Shown piece after piece: positions 20,011-30,223 of a stretch of DNA of 64,000 bases (position 1 is its first letter; every line of letters starts with the position of its first letter). A program made the position numbers and the translations under genes. The stretch is taken from the NCBI GenBank assembly GCA_049515895.1, contig JBEKTQ010000005.1:32001-96000 (forward strand). The letters run 5' to 3'. The DNA is from Candidatus Bathyarchaeia archaeon. GTDB lineage: Archaea; Thermoproteota; Bathyarchaeia; Bathyarchaeales; Bathycorpusculaceae. A model generated the notes under the pieces. It worked only from the letters and a program-made list of their open reading frames with translations. It made no database searches and was not told the DNA's origin.

Positions 20011-21150
20011 TTGGCAGCCGGCTTAATCAGCAGTGAAGCTGAGAATGCGAAGGACAGGCTACTTTACATTGACAATCTGAGGCTGCTTGTGATTGTGCTT
20101 GTAGTCACGATTCATTGGGCGGTGACTGTCAGCGGCTTTGGCAGTTGGTACTACGTTTACGGTACGCATCTTGACACGTTATCCACCGTTTGGTTCGCCT
20201 TCTACCAGTCGTTTACACAGGGATACTTCTTGGGGCTCTTGTTCATGATATCCGGCTATTTTGTCGCCGGGAGCTACGACCGGAAAGGCTTCAGCGGATT
20301 TGTTGGAGACAGGTTCAAGCGCTTGATAATTCCCACCGTGATCTTCATGATAGCGATAACGCCCTTCATCGAAATTGTGGAACTCGGCAGCAAGTCGACT
20401 CGCTTTAATTTGGTTGGTTTTCTCTCAGGTACTGGACCAATGTGGTTCGCAGCGGCGCTTTTCGCCTTCTCCCTGATTTACGGGTTGATGCGTCTGATAC
20501 CCCGTAGGTCCGCAACTGCCTCTAACTGGAAACAGCTCGAGCCCACATTGGGCTTTGCAGTCAGCCTTATCCTGATTATTGCTGTCTTTGCCTTCTTGAT
20601 TAGGATCGTCCAACCGATCGGGACAGACACCCTGAACTTTCAACTCTGCTATTTCGCCTCCTACATCGTCCTATTCATCGTGGGCATAATCGCTTACAGA
20701 AACAGTCTATTCGCCAAGATCAGCTATCGAACCGGAAAAAGATGGCTAATCGGCGCTATCGCCCTTGGTTTCCTCGCTTGGTTTGTGATGGTGGCCGTAG
20801 CTACCGCAACAGGAACCACGGCTGCCCTTGAAGGAGGGCTGGCTTGGCAGAGCGCGGCGTTTTCGGTGTGGGAAACCTTTGTGGCGGTTGCCATGAGTAT
20901 CGGATTGATCGCTGTCTTCAAGGAAAAATTCAATCGTCAAAGTAAGTTTGTCAAGACGCTGGCGGATAACTCGTTTGCCGTCTATATGTTTCATCCTATG
21001 ATCATCATCCCAGTCACAGTATTGTTTAGCCCGCTTGTGTTGTCCCCAGTCGCAAAGTGGGTCCTGCTTTGCGTCATTTGCGTTCCATTATGCTTTGCAG
21101 CGACACACTTTGTCTTCCGCAAAATACCGTTGCTGAAGAATGTCTTGTGA
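20011..21150 (+). CDS. Acyltransferase family 3 membrane protein (OpgC/MdoC-like)
   Basis: RLLYIDNLR...H, LLFMISGYF, RFKRLIIP, GPMWF and SFAVYMFH motifs. About 10 TM segments. Confidence 0.88.
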   Translation: MAAGLISSEAENAKDRLLYIDNLRLLVIVLVVTIHWAVTVSGFGSWYYVYGTHLDTLSTVWFAFYQSFTQGYFLGLLFMISGYFVAGSYDRKGFSGFVGDRFKRLIIPTVIFMIAITPFIEIVELGSKSTRFNLVGFLSGTGPMWFAAALFAFSLIYGLMRLIPRRSATASNWKQLEPTLGFAVSLILIIAVFAFLIRIVQPIGTDTLNFQLCYFASYIVLFIVGIIAYRNSLFAKISYRTGKRWLIGAIALGFLAWFVMVAVATATGTTAALEGGLAWQSAAFSVWETFVAVAMSIGLIAVFKEKFNRQSKFVKTLADNSFAVYMFHPMIIIPVTVLFSPLVLSPVAKWVLLCVICVPLCFAATHFVFRKIPLLKNVL

Positions 21151-21240
21151 CGCACGCATGCTAGATATTTTGGAAACAGAACTTAATAATCAGCGTTAAG
21201 GCAAACCAGTTGACCAAAATTTTTTTACAATCGCATCGGT

Positions 21241-22590
21241 TCAATTGTGCTTTTGCCGTTTTGAAAAAAAGTTCTCCAGGATTTCTGCGAGAGTTGGAGT
21301 TCCTATTTCTTGAAGCTCATAAGTGGCTCTGACGCTTGGTTTGGTAAAGTTGAGAAACCTTCGCAAATCAATCGGCGTTCCCACTAAAACTGTGTCACAT
21401 GGAATTGCGTTTATTGTTTGTTCCAGTTCGCGTATCTGTTCTGAACTGTAGCCCACTGCTGGAAGAACCGAGCTTAAGTGTGGATATTTCTCAAACGTTT
21501 TTGCGATTGAGCCTACTGCATAGGGACGTGGGTCTACTAGTTCTTTTGCTCCAAGCTTCTTTGCCGCTAAAGCTCCTGCTCCATAGGACATTTGTCCATG
21601 GGTCAACGTCGGACCATCTTCGACAACGAGTACCCGTTTTCCGACAACGAGTTCGGGCTTGTCAACTGTAATAGGAGACGCCGCTTCAACTATTGTAGCT
21701 TCAGAATTTACGCTCGTAACGTTTTTTCTGACTATCTTAACATTTTCGGGATCTGCTGTGTCCACTTTGTTAATGATAACTACATTGGCCATTCTCAGGT
21801 TTGTTTCGCCCGGGTGATATCTCAGTTCGTGACCAGGTCTGTGAGGGTCAGTCACTACTATACGTAAGTCTGACTGGTAGAAGGGAAGGTCGTTGTTGCC
21901 TCCGTCCCAAATTATGATGTCGGCTTCGTTTTCGGCTTCATTCAAGATTCTTTCGTAGTCGACCCCCGCGTAAACCGTGTTACCGCTCAGAATGTGTGGT
22001 TCGTACTCCTCTCGCTCCTCAATGGTACAGGCATACTTGTCCAAATCCTCGTAAGAGGCAAATCGTTGAACCGGTTCGGCAGAGAGATCACAGTATGGCA
22101 TGGGGTGTCTAACAACCACGATTCTGTAGCCAAGCTTTTTGAGAATTTCAGCAACTTTTCTGGAGGTTTGGCTCTTTCCTGCTCCAGTTCTTGTTGCGCA
22201 GACGGATATCACAGGAACTTTGGCTTTTAGCATAGTTGTCAAAGGTCCCATAAGCTTGAAATCTGGTCCATTAGAAAGCACCGTTGACGCTTCATGCATC
22301 ACGTACTCATGGGAAACGTCGCTGTAGGCGAATACAACTTCGTCAACTGCGTATTCCTTGATTAGGTCTTTCAGTTTTTCTTCCGGATAAATGGGTATGC
22401 CTTTTGGATAGTTTGGTCCCGCCAGAACCGTAGGATACTTTCTTGTTTCAATTCCAGGAATTTGAGCCGCGGTGAAAGCGACAACATCATATTGCTCGTT
22501 TTTCCGGTAGTAGACGTTAAAATTGTGAAAGTCTCGCCCTGCCGCTCCCATAATAAGTACTCTTGTTTTCTTCACAGCACAAAACCCCAT
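21241..22590 (-). CDS. COG2403 P-loop ligase (cyclic 2,3-DPG synthase homolog; likely arginine synthetase ArcE clade)
   Basis: MGAAGRDFHNFN, RTGAGKSQT, RHPMPY, TIEEREEYEPH, WDGGNNDLPF, EDGPTLTHG. Confidence 0.8.
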   Translation of the reverse strand: MGFCAVKKTRVLIMGAAGRDFHNFNVYYRKNEQYDVVAFTAAQIPGIETRKYPTVLAGPNYPKGIPIYPEEKLKDLIKEYAVDEVVFAYSDVSHEYVMHEASTVLSNGPDFKLMGPLTTMLKAKVPVISVCATRTGAGKSQTSRKVAEILKKLGYRIVVVRHPMPYCDLSAEPVQRFASYEDLDKYACTIEEREEYEPHILSGNTVYAGVDYERILNEAENEADIIIWDGGNNDLPFYQSDLRIVVTDPHRPGHELRYHPGETNLRMANVVIINKVDTADPENVKIVRKNVTSVNSEATIVEAASPITVDKPELVVGKRVLVVEDGPTLTHGQMSYGAGALAAKKLGAKELVDPRPYAVGSIAKTFEKYPHLSSVLPAVGYSSEQIRELEQTINAIPCDTVLVGTPIDLRRFLNFTKPSVRATYELQEIGTPTLAEILENFFSKRQKHN

Positions 22591-23479
22591 AGAAAACGCG
22601 TTGAAAATAAACTATCTCAAAGATAAATACCAATCGTTACGTAATCAGAGTCAAACAAAAAAAACACAAAAAGAGCTGGCTTATCCAGCGGATAAGGTTT
22701 TTCGAAATTAATTTACACAAACTCTTGTTTGAAGACGGCAGCCCCTTGCCGACCACCACGAATTGCAAACTCATAATCCCAAGCAATTTGTCATTAGCTG
22801 TTCAATTATAGAATCAAACAATTCGACCAACATTCGAAACGTCATAAATAAAAAGCACAAGGAAAATGGCATAAAGCTCACACACTTACCAGAGCAGATA
22901 TGAAAAGCATAGCATTGTTTCTGCAACCTTCCGTCTCTAAAGAAATAAGATTGTTATGGCAAGTTGGCTCCTCGTTTCTAATTCGCCCTTGTTTTTTGCG
23001 CGCTAAATTTCTTTGAACTTCGAAGTACAAAAAAACCATCAAAAAGATCTTTATCGATACATACAGGTACAAATTAAAACGGGAAGTATATTCCCTCAAT
23101 AGGAAAACGTTTGGTTGGGTCAACATTGGCAAGATGCGGAGGCTTCTTAGCCCAAACAGATTGAGACTCTTGCGTGTCTGGACCAAAACGTGCTTTGACC
23201 TCCAATCATCCTTACCTTCCTTTTTTTGGTCTTTTTCTATTATTAAAAAAGATAACTGCGTAAGCAATTGAGTCCAAAAAAATTAAGAAATGAATTATCT
23301 CTGCACAATTTAGTTTTCCTCATTAACTCTTGAAGCCTCATTTCTTGCCTGTAAGCTGTTCAAAGGCGTTTTGTAATAAGTTTTTCTCGGGATTTCTTGT
23401 GTACTGGCAAGCAACCGATAGTAATTCTTTTAAGGACTACGGGACATTCTTGTATGCTATTCGGCAAGGAGAGAAAAGG

Positions 23480-25090
23480 TTGGCTTCGGGTTCAGGCGTA
23501 AAGATAGTTTTGACGGCTTCAGCTACAGAAATGAGCGACTTTTATAATAATCCCTTTATAGCATTCACAGCAGGTTTCGCAAGAGGTCCATTCCCGCTCT
23601 CACTTGTAAGAAAAACCTTGTATCCCCCAGTTGATCGCAGGCCAGATGGGAGAGCTCGATTCGCACCTTATGGTCTCAGAAAAGTAGAAGCTATGCTACT
23701 CGAAAGCGGATTCACCGACAAAGAAGTGGTTGTAGTCCATCCTGATGACTTAGAGGACTTCGTCGGACCAGAAACGAGGGTTGTCGGCATTTCCTCAATG
23801 GATCCTACAGGCATGGGTTACGTAAGCAAGACGTACTCATCAATAATCGGCGGGGGCGAACCCATGAACGCCGTAGAATTCCAAAAACTCGTTAGCCACC
23901 CGAGCATCAAAAAGTATAAACCGAAAATCATTGTAGGCGGGTTCGGCGCTTGGCAACTAGAGCGTCAGCACGTATCCGACAGTTATGGTGTCAACTGCGT
24001 GCTTCTAGGCGGAAGACCCGAACCGATCGTTGACATTTTCAAAAAGGCAGTAGACGGCAAACCTCTCCCCCGTATTGTTAAAGCTGACGAGTCAATCAGC
24101 AACTGGGATTACAATACCATAATGCCGCTGACTAAACATGCAGGCATCCACGGGGCAGTGGAAATTTCGAAGGGCTGTGGAAGAAATTGCCAGTTTTGCA
24201 CGCCCACCATGCAGCATAAAATTGATGTACCACTTGAAAAAATCATGCGTGAAGTCGCGTTGACAACGGCGGAAGGCAGCGACCACATAACCCTTATCAC
24301 CGAAGATCTGTTCCTCTATGGGACAAAAGACAAAGATTTCGTACCTAATAGAGAAGCAGTAGTAAAACTAGTCAAAAACGTCGCAAAATATCCAGGCGTC
24401 AAAAGCATTCAAGCCTCTCACATGTCTTTGGCGCCAGCGGTTAACAACCCGCAGATGATTAAAGAACTTGCAGAAATCCTAATTGAACGCAGTTGGTATT
24501 CGTTTGGCAAAAGATCTATAATTACCGCCGAAACCGGAATTGAAACTGGCAGCGCAAGGTTGATGAAGAAGTATATGGCTGGCAAGATGTTGCCGTTCAA
24601 GCCTGAACAGTGGCAAGAGATTGTCGAAAACGCTTTCGGGATACTGAACGATAACAATTGGTATCCGCTTGCAACTTTGATTATTGGTTTGCCAGATGAG
24701 AAAGAGGAAGATGTGCTGCAGACGCTTGAGTTAATGGATAAGCTGAAAGATTACAATGCGTTTTACGTGCCTTTGTTCTTTGTTCCGTTAGAGAACTGTG
24801 TGCTGATGAATAAGAAGGGAGCTGAGCTCGATTCCTTGTCGCAGGTGCGTTGGGATTTCTTCATTAAATGCTGGGAATATAACGTTCGCATTTGGAAGCC
24901 TACTTTCCTTGAAAACCGCATCCGTAACCCATTTTTGTATAAGGCGGTTGAGCACATTCTCATCCCGTATGCTGGAAGAATCGCGGGCTTCTACTTTGGT
25001 TTGACAAGGGGCGAACAACTAAAACAAGCGTTGTGGGCTCTTAGCATGTCTGAGCCAGCCACAATTAAGGGTAGACAAAACTCAAGTTGA
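23480..25090 (+). CDS. B12-binding-domain radical SAM protein
   Basis: CGRNCQFC (CxxxCxxC), APYGLRKVEA, IVGGFGAWQ, GIETGS. TTG at 23480 follows an AGGAG RBS. Confidence 0.88.
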   Translation: MASGSGVKIVLTASATEMSDFYNNPFIAFTAGFARGPFPLSLVRKTLYPPVDRRPDGRARFAPYGLRKVEAMLLESGFTDKEVVVVHPDDLEDFVGPETRVVGISSMDPTGMGYVSKTYSSIIGGGEPMNAVEFQKLVSHPSIKKYKPKIIVGGFGAWQLERQHVSDSYGVNCVLLGGRPEPIVDIFKKAVDGKPLPRIVKADESISNWDYNTIMPLTKHAGIHGAVEISKGCGRNCQFCTPTMQHKIDVPLEKIMREVALTTAEGSDHITLITEDLFLYGTKDKDFVPNREAVVKLVKNVAKYPGVKSIQASHMSLAPAVNNPQMIKELAEILIERSWYSFGKRSIITAETGIETGSARLMKKYMAGKMLPFKPEQWQEIVENAFGILNDNNWYPLATLIIGLPDEKEEDVLQTLELMDKLKDYNAFYVPLFFVPLENCVLMNKKGAELDSLSQVRWDFFIKCWEYNVRIWKPTFLENRIRNPFLYKAVEHILIPYAGRIAGFYFGLTRGEQLKQALWALSMSEPATIKGRQNSS

Positions 25091-25949
25091 TCATAGGAGG
25101 CTCTACTGGCTCCTCAGCTGGGGTCTGCTTTTCTGCTTCTTTTTGGGGTTGTTCCTGGGCAGGTTGGGGTGGCATTTTGAGGATTTTTCTTGCATGAGTA
25201 ATGTAACCCGTGTGCCCTGTCATGAGTGTTTGAGGTCTGGTTTTTCCCCGTTCAACCTGCATTGCCCGCATCATGCACTCGACAGTTTCAATGAATACAA
25301 ATCCGTTTTCACTCAGCGCCTCGGTTGTTTTAACAACCTGGTCTATGGTTGGACTGAAAGAAACAATTATGCCTGAAGGCTTGAGTGCTTCGTACGCGTG
25401 GGGGACAACAAGCCATGGGACCGCCAAATCCAAAATCACCGCGTCTAAATCTCTCTCCTCGATGCCTAAGGTTACGTCGCCGCTTTTCATTTCAACGTAG
25501 TCTATGAGTTTTGAGCGTTGGAGGTTTTTGGCGGCGTTTTTCTGGAATTCGCTGCGCAACTCGTAGGTGTAGACTTTGCCTGTGGAACCAACGTAGTGGG
25601 CTAATGCGGTTGTTAACGCGCCCGTGCCTGTGCCTGATTCGACAACTCGGCTTCCCGGGCCGATTCCGCTGAACATGATGATTAGGGCTGCGTCTTTGGG
25701 GTAAGTGATTTGGGTGTTACGGGAAGACTTCATTATGTAATCAGTTAGAGCTGGTTTCAGTGTGGTGAAGAATATGCCCAGGCTGCTTTTGATTGGCTCG
25801 CCGTATGTTTTCCCAATTAACTCATCAAGTTTAAGGTAGCCTTTATGAGTGTGAAAAGTTTGGCCAGCCTGCATCTTAATCATGTAAGTTCTGCGTGCAT
25901 CCAGGTAAATGAGAACGTAGTCTCCTTCGCAAATCTTCTCGTTAACCAA
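25065..25949 (-). CDS. trmI: tRNA (adenine-57/58-N1)-methyltransferase
   Basis: FHTHKG, TQITYPKDAA, VVESGTGTGALT, VILDLAVPW, FSPTIDQV, HTGY. TTG start at 25949 preferred. Confidence 0.92.
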   Translation of the reverse strand: MVNEKICEGDYVLIYLDARRTYMIKMQAGQTFHTHKGYLKLDELIGKTYGEPIKSSLGIFFTTLKPALTDYIMKSSRNTQITYPKDAALIIMFSGIGPGSRVVESGTGTGALTTALAHYVGSTGKVYTYELRSEFQKNAAKNLQRSKLIDYVEMKSGDVTLGIEERDLDAVILDLAVPWLVVPHAYEALKPSGIIVSFSPTIDQVVKTTEALSENGFVFIETVECMMRAMQVERGKTRPQTLMTGHTGYITHARKILKMPPQPAQEQPQKEAEKQTPAEEPVEPPMINLSFVYP

Positions 25950-26055
25950 TTGCTGTTGCCTTCTTGGGAAAGTGAAAATGCAGATTGTGCCATTTAAGCT
26001 TTGAACTCCAAATCCCTTCGAGGTGGATAAGCCCTCATTGGGCAAATGATAGGTT

Positions 26056-26208
26056 GTTACAACTAGATCCAAAGGTCAAGGCTTAGGTTTGGCAGTCGCT
26101 AAGTGCCTCGTTGAAGGATTAAACGGCAAAGTGAGCTTTGTAAGCCAAGAAGGCAACGGAACAAAATTCACAATAGATTTGCCTTTGGAACCGAAGAGCG
26201 TTCGATGA
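26056..26208 (+). pseudogene. Histidine kinase HATPase_c C-terminal fragment
   Basis: Manual translation VTTRSKGQGLGLAVAKCLVEGLNGKVSFVSQEGNGTKFTIDLP. In-frame TAG just upstream and no start. Confidence 0.8.
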
Positions 26209-26375
26209 CTCTGCATGAAAAGCGCGGGCGCTTTTGCACCCTAAACTATGTTATTTCATATTTGGAGAAAATTAGAAAAATCCTGTGTTGAGAAAGAAGA
26301 ATGCAAGAACAAGTAGTATTGTGAAAAAGCGCGGCAACAAGCAAGAAAGCGGCTTAAACCAGAAATTTAGATTTG

Positions 26376-26660
26376 TTAGCTTGTTGTTTTGCTGTCGAAT
26401 TCTTCTACCATACGTTTTACTTTCTTTTCGAGTCGTCGCTCATAAACGTGTTCAGGTATAGGCGGCGGAAGGGTTTTTTTATCATGTAGCTCAGTAGCCA
26501 TTACTATGCGTCTTTCGCCCACTTTAACTGGGACCCGTGCACCATCAGCAAAATCATCAAAATCCTCGAGTGCTTCAACAATCCAGTAGCCTTCACTTTT
26601 CGTGACAACCTTAACCCTGTAGAGTCCCTTATAGTACAAAAAGTCGTTCATAAGAACCAT
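26376..26660 (-). CDS. Hypothetical protein
   Basis: MVLMNDFLYYKGLYRVKVVTKSEGYWIVEALEDF... Protein-like composition. Confidence 0.65.
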   Translation of the reverse strand: MVLMNDFLYYKGLYRVKVVTKSEGYWIVEALEDFDDFADGARVPVKVGERRIVMATELHDKKTLPPPIPEHVYERRLEKKVKRMVEEFDSKTTS

Positions 26661-27295
26661 GAATACCAATGCATTCAGCGCTAAATAAACTTCACTCAAG
26701 CATCTGCAATCAGCACAAGTCACTAACGCGACTAGCCGTCAATTTCATCGTGAAATCAACTGAGCGCCTTCTACGCGATACCAGATTTGGAAAATCGCTT
26801 GAGACTTTTTCCAGAACATTAAACAGATACTTCGAAACATCGAAAAAGCCGAAAAATCTTGTTTTTCCCCTCAACCGATCAACCAAATTGGTTACCGCCT
26901 TCAATTAATGCTTTCTTCGACTCTCGAACAGCACGTCGTAGCCGTCACCAACCAACGCAAGCCCCAAACAAAAGTGGCCGAGAAAAATATCTTAAGCAAA
27001 TACCCGCGCTTAGTGAAGCAACAAACAAGACTGACACTCCAAGGAATTCAGCAAAATCAGGTGTTGCGGCACTAAACGTCCAAATCCGAATACGAAGCAG
27101 TTCTATCCAATTTCGGTTCAGTACCAACCTATTTAGTAAATTGCGCCAGTAACGCAGTAATATTCAGGAAAGACAGAGTCTGTATTCCAGCTTCCTGAGA
27201 AGTCTCCAAAAATTCATCAGTCACCTGAGTTCCGAACGCCATCCTGGGCAATCACTGCATATTCATGATTTCGCAAACTCTTTCAATTAGGCTGT

Positions 27296-29008
27296 TCACG
27301 TTAGCGATTCCGCTTTTCTGCATATGTTTGCGATAACCGAGATAATGGACCACATTGTGAAGATGCCGAAAACCCTAGTGTACTTAGAAGCCCCGGCCTT
27401 ATGGATGTCGTTGATGTCTCCGCCAGCTTTCAAGTACCCGTTTATGAAAGCTTTGGTAAGGGATTCTGCTTTGACGTTGCCGGCATTTAATGGTTGCATG
27501 TAATGTCCCGAATAGTAAAGGAAAACAGCCACATCCCAAGCTTTGTCGCCTTTTTGAGTGACTTGAGATGCCTGCTCGAAATCTATAAGGTAAATGCTGC
27601 CATCGGATTTGACGAGCATGTTTTCCGGCTTTGTGTCCCCCAACGTAATGCCTCGAGAATGAACCTGGGCAAGGATTTCTCCAGCCTTGCTCATCATGGC
27701 TAATTCTCTCGTAACATCCCCATCTTTCTTCGCCGTAGCTATCTTCTTAACTGTTTGGTGAAGCCCTTCGCCGTCGATAAACTCCATAAAAACCAAGCGC
27801 TGCGCATTGCTTACATGAAAAATCTTCGGCACATTAAATCCCTCGCTCCTCAGCAACTCGTTCATCGCACATTCCTTGGCAAGTCTCGCCTGAGCTGAAA
27901 CAGAGAGGGACCTGACCCCCAACGACCACACTGTTAAAGGAAACCATTTGAACCCCGACAAATCCTTGTAGCGTTTCGCCACCACCCTTGTTTCAACGCC
28001 TTTCCCTTGGGCCTCAATCAAGTAAACGTCGTTCAGCATTCCACCGATGGGTTCAACTTTGATGTTTTCACTCTGACCGTTCAGGAGCATTTTCTGGGCA
28101 AACCCTTTGATGTCAATTTTGTCTGCCAGTGAAATCAAACCTTCTGAGGTTTGGAAAAAGACGTATTTTTGAGGATCTACGAACAAGTATGCTGGATCTG
28201 GGAGTCTTGGCCAGTTGATTTTTTGGGTTCTGAGGAAGATTTCAGTGTTCTGCGAGACTATGCTCATAAGTTGGGGCAAAAAACCAAAGAACGATGTGAA
28301 AAACGCACGAGGCGCATTCCTAGTCAAATTAGAAAGCCTAACTCGTGGGTTTTGGCATCGTACAATGAGCTCCTTTGAAATCTTTACGTAACCATTAAAA
28401 AAGTAGATTTTTCCTTCCGACTCAAGCACTTTTAACGCTTCATTGTAGCTGCCAAGAGATTGGGACTCATCAACCGAAAGACCAGCAATAACGTTCGAAG
28501 CATCATACGCAAGCAGGGGAAAAACCCGAATTCGACTCAAAACAACTTCATAAAGGAAATACTGAGGCTTAATCTGCATCAGACCGACAAGCTCTGGAAA
28601 GTTTAGAATCAAGTTCTCAAGCAATTCAAGAATCAAACGTTTCTTCAAAGCGATTTCTTGTTCGAGCAGGTAGTCACCGCCCATAATCGGTAAGTAGGGA
28701 AAAACAAGTTTGCTTGCAATTGCCTCTCCAAGGAAGCCTCTTTCGATGTCCCGCTCGAAAATCCACTGATCAACCGCCGAAACGAAAACAGGTCTTTCAT
28801 TTAACGTTCTAACGTAGCTCATGACTCTGGGTTGAAAATCCCGAATGATGACCATAACTTCTATTACTGCCCTGTCACCGGGAGACGCCGCCGAAAATCG
28901 GTCAACTTGAGCTACTGCAGTGATGACTGCCGACCCAGCGATACGTCTACAAAAATCTAGCAGTTGATTATTCAATTCTTTATTTGCCGTGCTGCTAATT
29001 TGTTTCAA
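27296..29008 (-). CDS. Protein-kinase-like (RIO/Bud32/Kdo-type) protein with N-terminal degenerate nucleotidyltransferase-like domain
   Basis: C-terminal VVAKRY, LVFMEFIDG, HSRGITLGDTKPENM, IDFEQA, WDVAVF. About 320-aa N-terminal extension. Confidence 0.75.
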   Translation of the reverse strand: MKQISSTANKELNNQLLDFCRRIAGSAVITAVAQVDRFSAASPGDRAVIEVMVIIRDFQPRVMSYVRTLNERPVFVSAVDQWIFERDIERGFLGEAIASKLVFPYLPIMGGDYLLEQEIALKKRLILELLENLILNFPELVGLMQIKPQYFLYEVVLSRIRVFPLLAYDASNVIAGLSVDESQSLGSYNEALKVLESEGKIYFFNGYVKISKELIVRCQNPRVRLSNLTRNAPRAFFTSFFGFLPQLMSIVSQNTEIFLRTQKINWPRLPDPAYLFVDPQKYVFFQTSEGLISLADKIDIKGFAQKMLLNGQSENIKVEPIGGMLNDVYLIEAQGKGVETRVVAKRYKDLSGFKWFPLTVWSLGVRSLSVSAQARLAKECAMNELLRSEGFNVPKIFHVSNAQRLVFMEFIDGEGLHQTVKKIATAKKDGDVTRELAMMSKAGEILAQVHSRGITLGDTKPENMLVKSDGSIYLIDFEQASQVTQKGDKAWDVAVFLYYSGHYMQPLNAGNVKAESLTKAFINGYLKAGGDINDIHKAGASKYTRVFGIFTMWSIISVIANICRKAESLT

Positions 29009-29132
29009 CCGAATCTTCCAATGCAGAATTAACCACACAAACAGTTAAAAAACGTTTGTCGTACAGCAAGTTTAGAAATACTTCTTCAATTAGACAAGAA
29101 AGGTAAGCCTAGGCTCAACCAGAACCCGAATT

Positions 29133-29558
29133 TTATTCTTTGGCGCATCTCACAGCTAAATTGGTTCGCTCGCTGGCTTCTTCGCCTGAAATAGCCAACG
29201 CAGACGAGGTTGATTGCTGTATGCTTGGTTGAGTTGACAGTTTCCGGCAAATCAAATTCAGCGACTCCTCGGTGAAGTTAAGCATATTTTGCCCGTTGCT
29301 TGTGAGGCTATAAATTTTCCTCGGTCTCTCAAAATTCATATTCCACTCGCTTTTCACAAAACCCTTCTTCTCCAACGTGTTAAGTAACGGATAGACAGTG
29401 CTTGGACCGAAGTACACGCCGAAGCTTTTCCGGATCTTGGTTATTATCTGGTACCCATGCATCGATTGAGCGCTTAGGAATTGCAGTATGATGAGGTCCA
29501 GTAGACCTTTCATTAATTTGGTTGAAACCTCTTTTTGTATGGTTAATGTTCTTAACAT
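29133..29558 (-). CDS. PadR family transcriptional regulator
   Basis: LDLIIL...MHGYQII...GPSTVYPLLNTLEKKGFV...RPRKIYSLT. Confidence 0.9.
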   Translation of the reverse strand: MLRTLTIQKEVSTKLMKGLLDLIILQFLSAQSMHGYQIITKIRKSFGVYFGPSTVYPLLNTLEKKGFVKSEWNMNFERPRKIYSLTSNGQNMLNFTEESLNLICRKLSTQPSIQQSTSSALAISGEEASERTNLAVRCAKE

Positions 29559-29794
29559 TTTTTCTCGACCTGTTTTCTTGTTGAACAGTTCGGCTGTTCT
29601 TCGTGGATACAATATGTCTTATTTCAGACATATCTTGAGTATTTAATATTAATAAACCCTAATATAAATCTTCATACATAATACAAGCATACAAAAACAT
29701 AGCAAGGCAATACACCCCCTCAACAAAATCTACATAAAACCTATAAACTGAAACGTCAAACAATTCATATCAGCCCATCGTAAGGAACAACCCC

Positions 29795-30136
29795 ATGTCA
29801 GAAACCTACAAAGAAGAAATTGTACAACACATAATCAGAAACCAACTAGACATCCAATTGCTCCGCATAGTACAAGACCAACCAACATGGGGGTACCACA
29901 TAAAAAAACAGGTAGAAAAGCAATTCAACATAAAGCTGAGGCACAGCGCACTCTACCCCGCGCTAAAAACTCTTGAAACAAGAGGCTTCCTGGAAAGCAA
30001 AAAACAACGAAAAAGCGGACGATCCCGCAAAGTCTACGTCATAACCGAACAAGGAAAAGATTACCTTCAAACCTACCGCAACCTAATCAAAGAATTGCTG
30101 GCCGAAAAAACAGAATCAACCGAAACGAGGCAGTAA
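29795..30136 (+). CDS. PadR family transcriptional regulator
   Basis: TWGYHIKK...HSALYPALKTLETRGFL...RSRKVYVITEQG. Confidence 0.9.
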   Translation: MSETYKEEIVQHIIRNQLDIQLLRIVQDQPTWGYHIKKQVEKQFNIKLRHSALYPALKTLETRGFLESKKQRKSGRSRKVYVITEQGKDYLQTYRNLIKELLAEKTESTETRQ

Positions 30137-30223
30137 GAAGTGAACCTTATTTACCAATTAGTCTAGAGATACAATTCTTAATTCAGCGACGCTTCATCGC
30201 CAAGTCAGCCCAAAGTAGACTGC

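Noticed and set aside
22878-23267. 129-aa minus-strand ORF
   Set aside because: No motifs and atypical composition; not supportable as a CDS.
26669-27290. Several short overlapping ORFs on both strands
   Set aside because: None shows recognisable motifs; could be a decayed gene but cannot be assigned.
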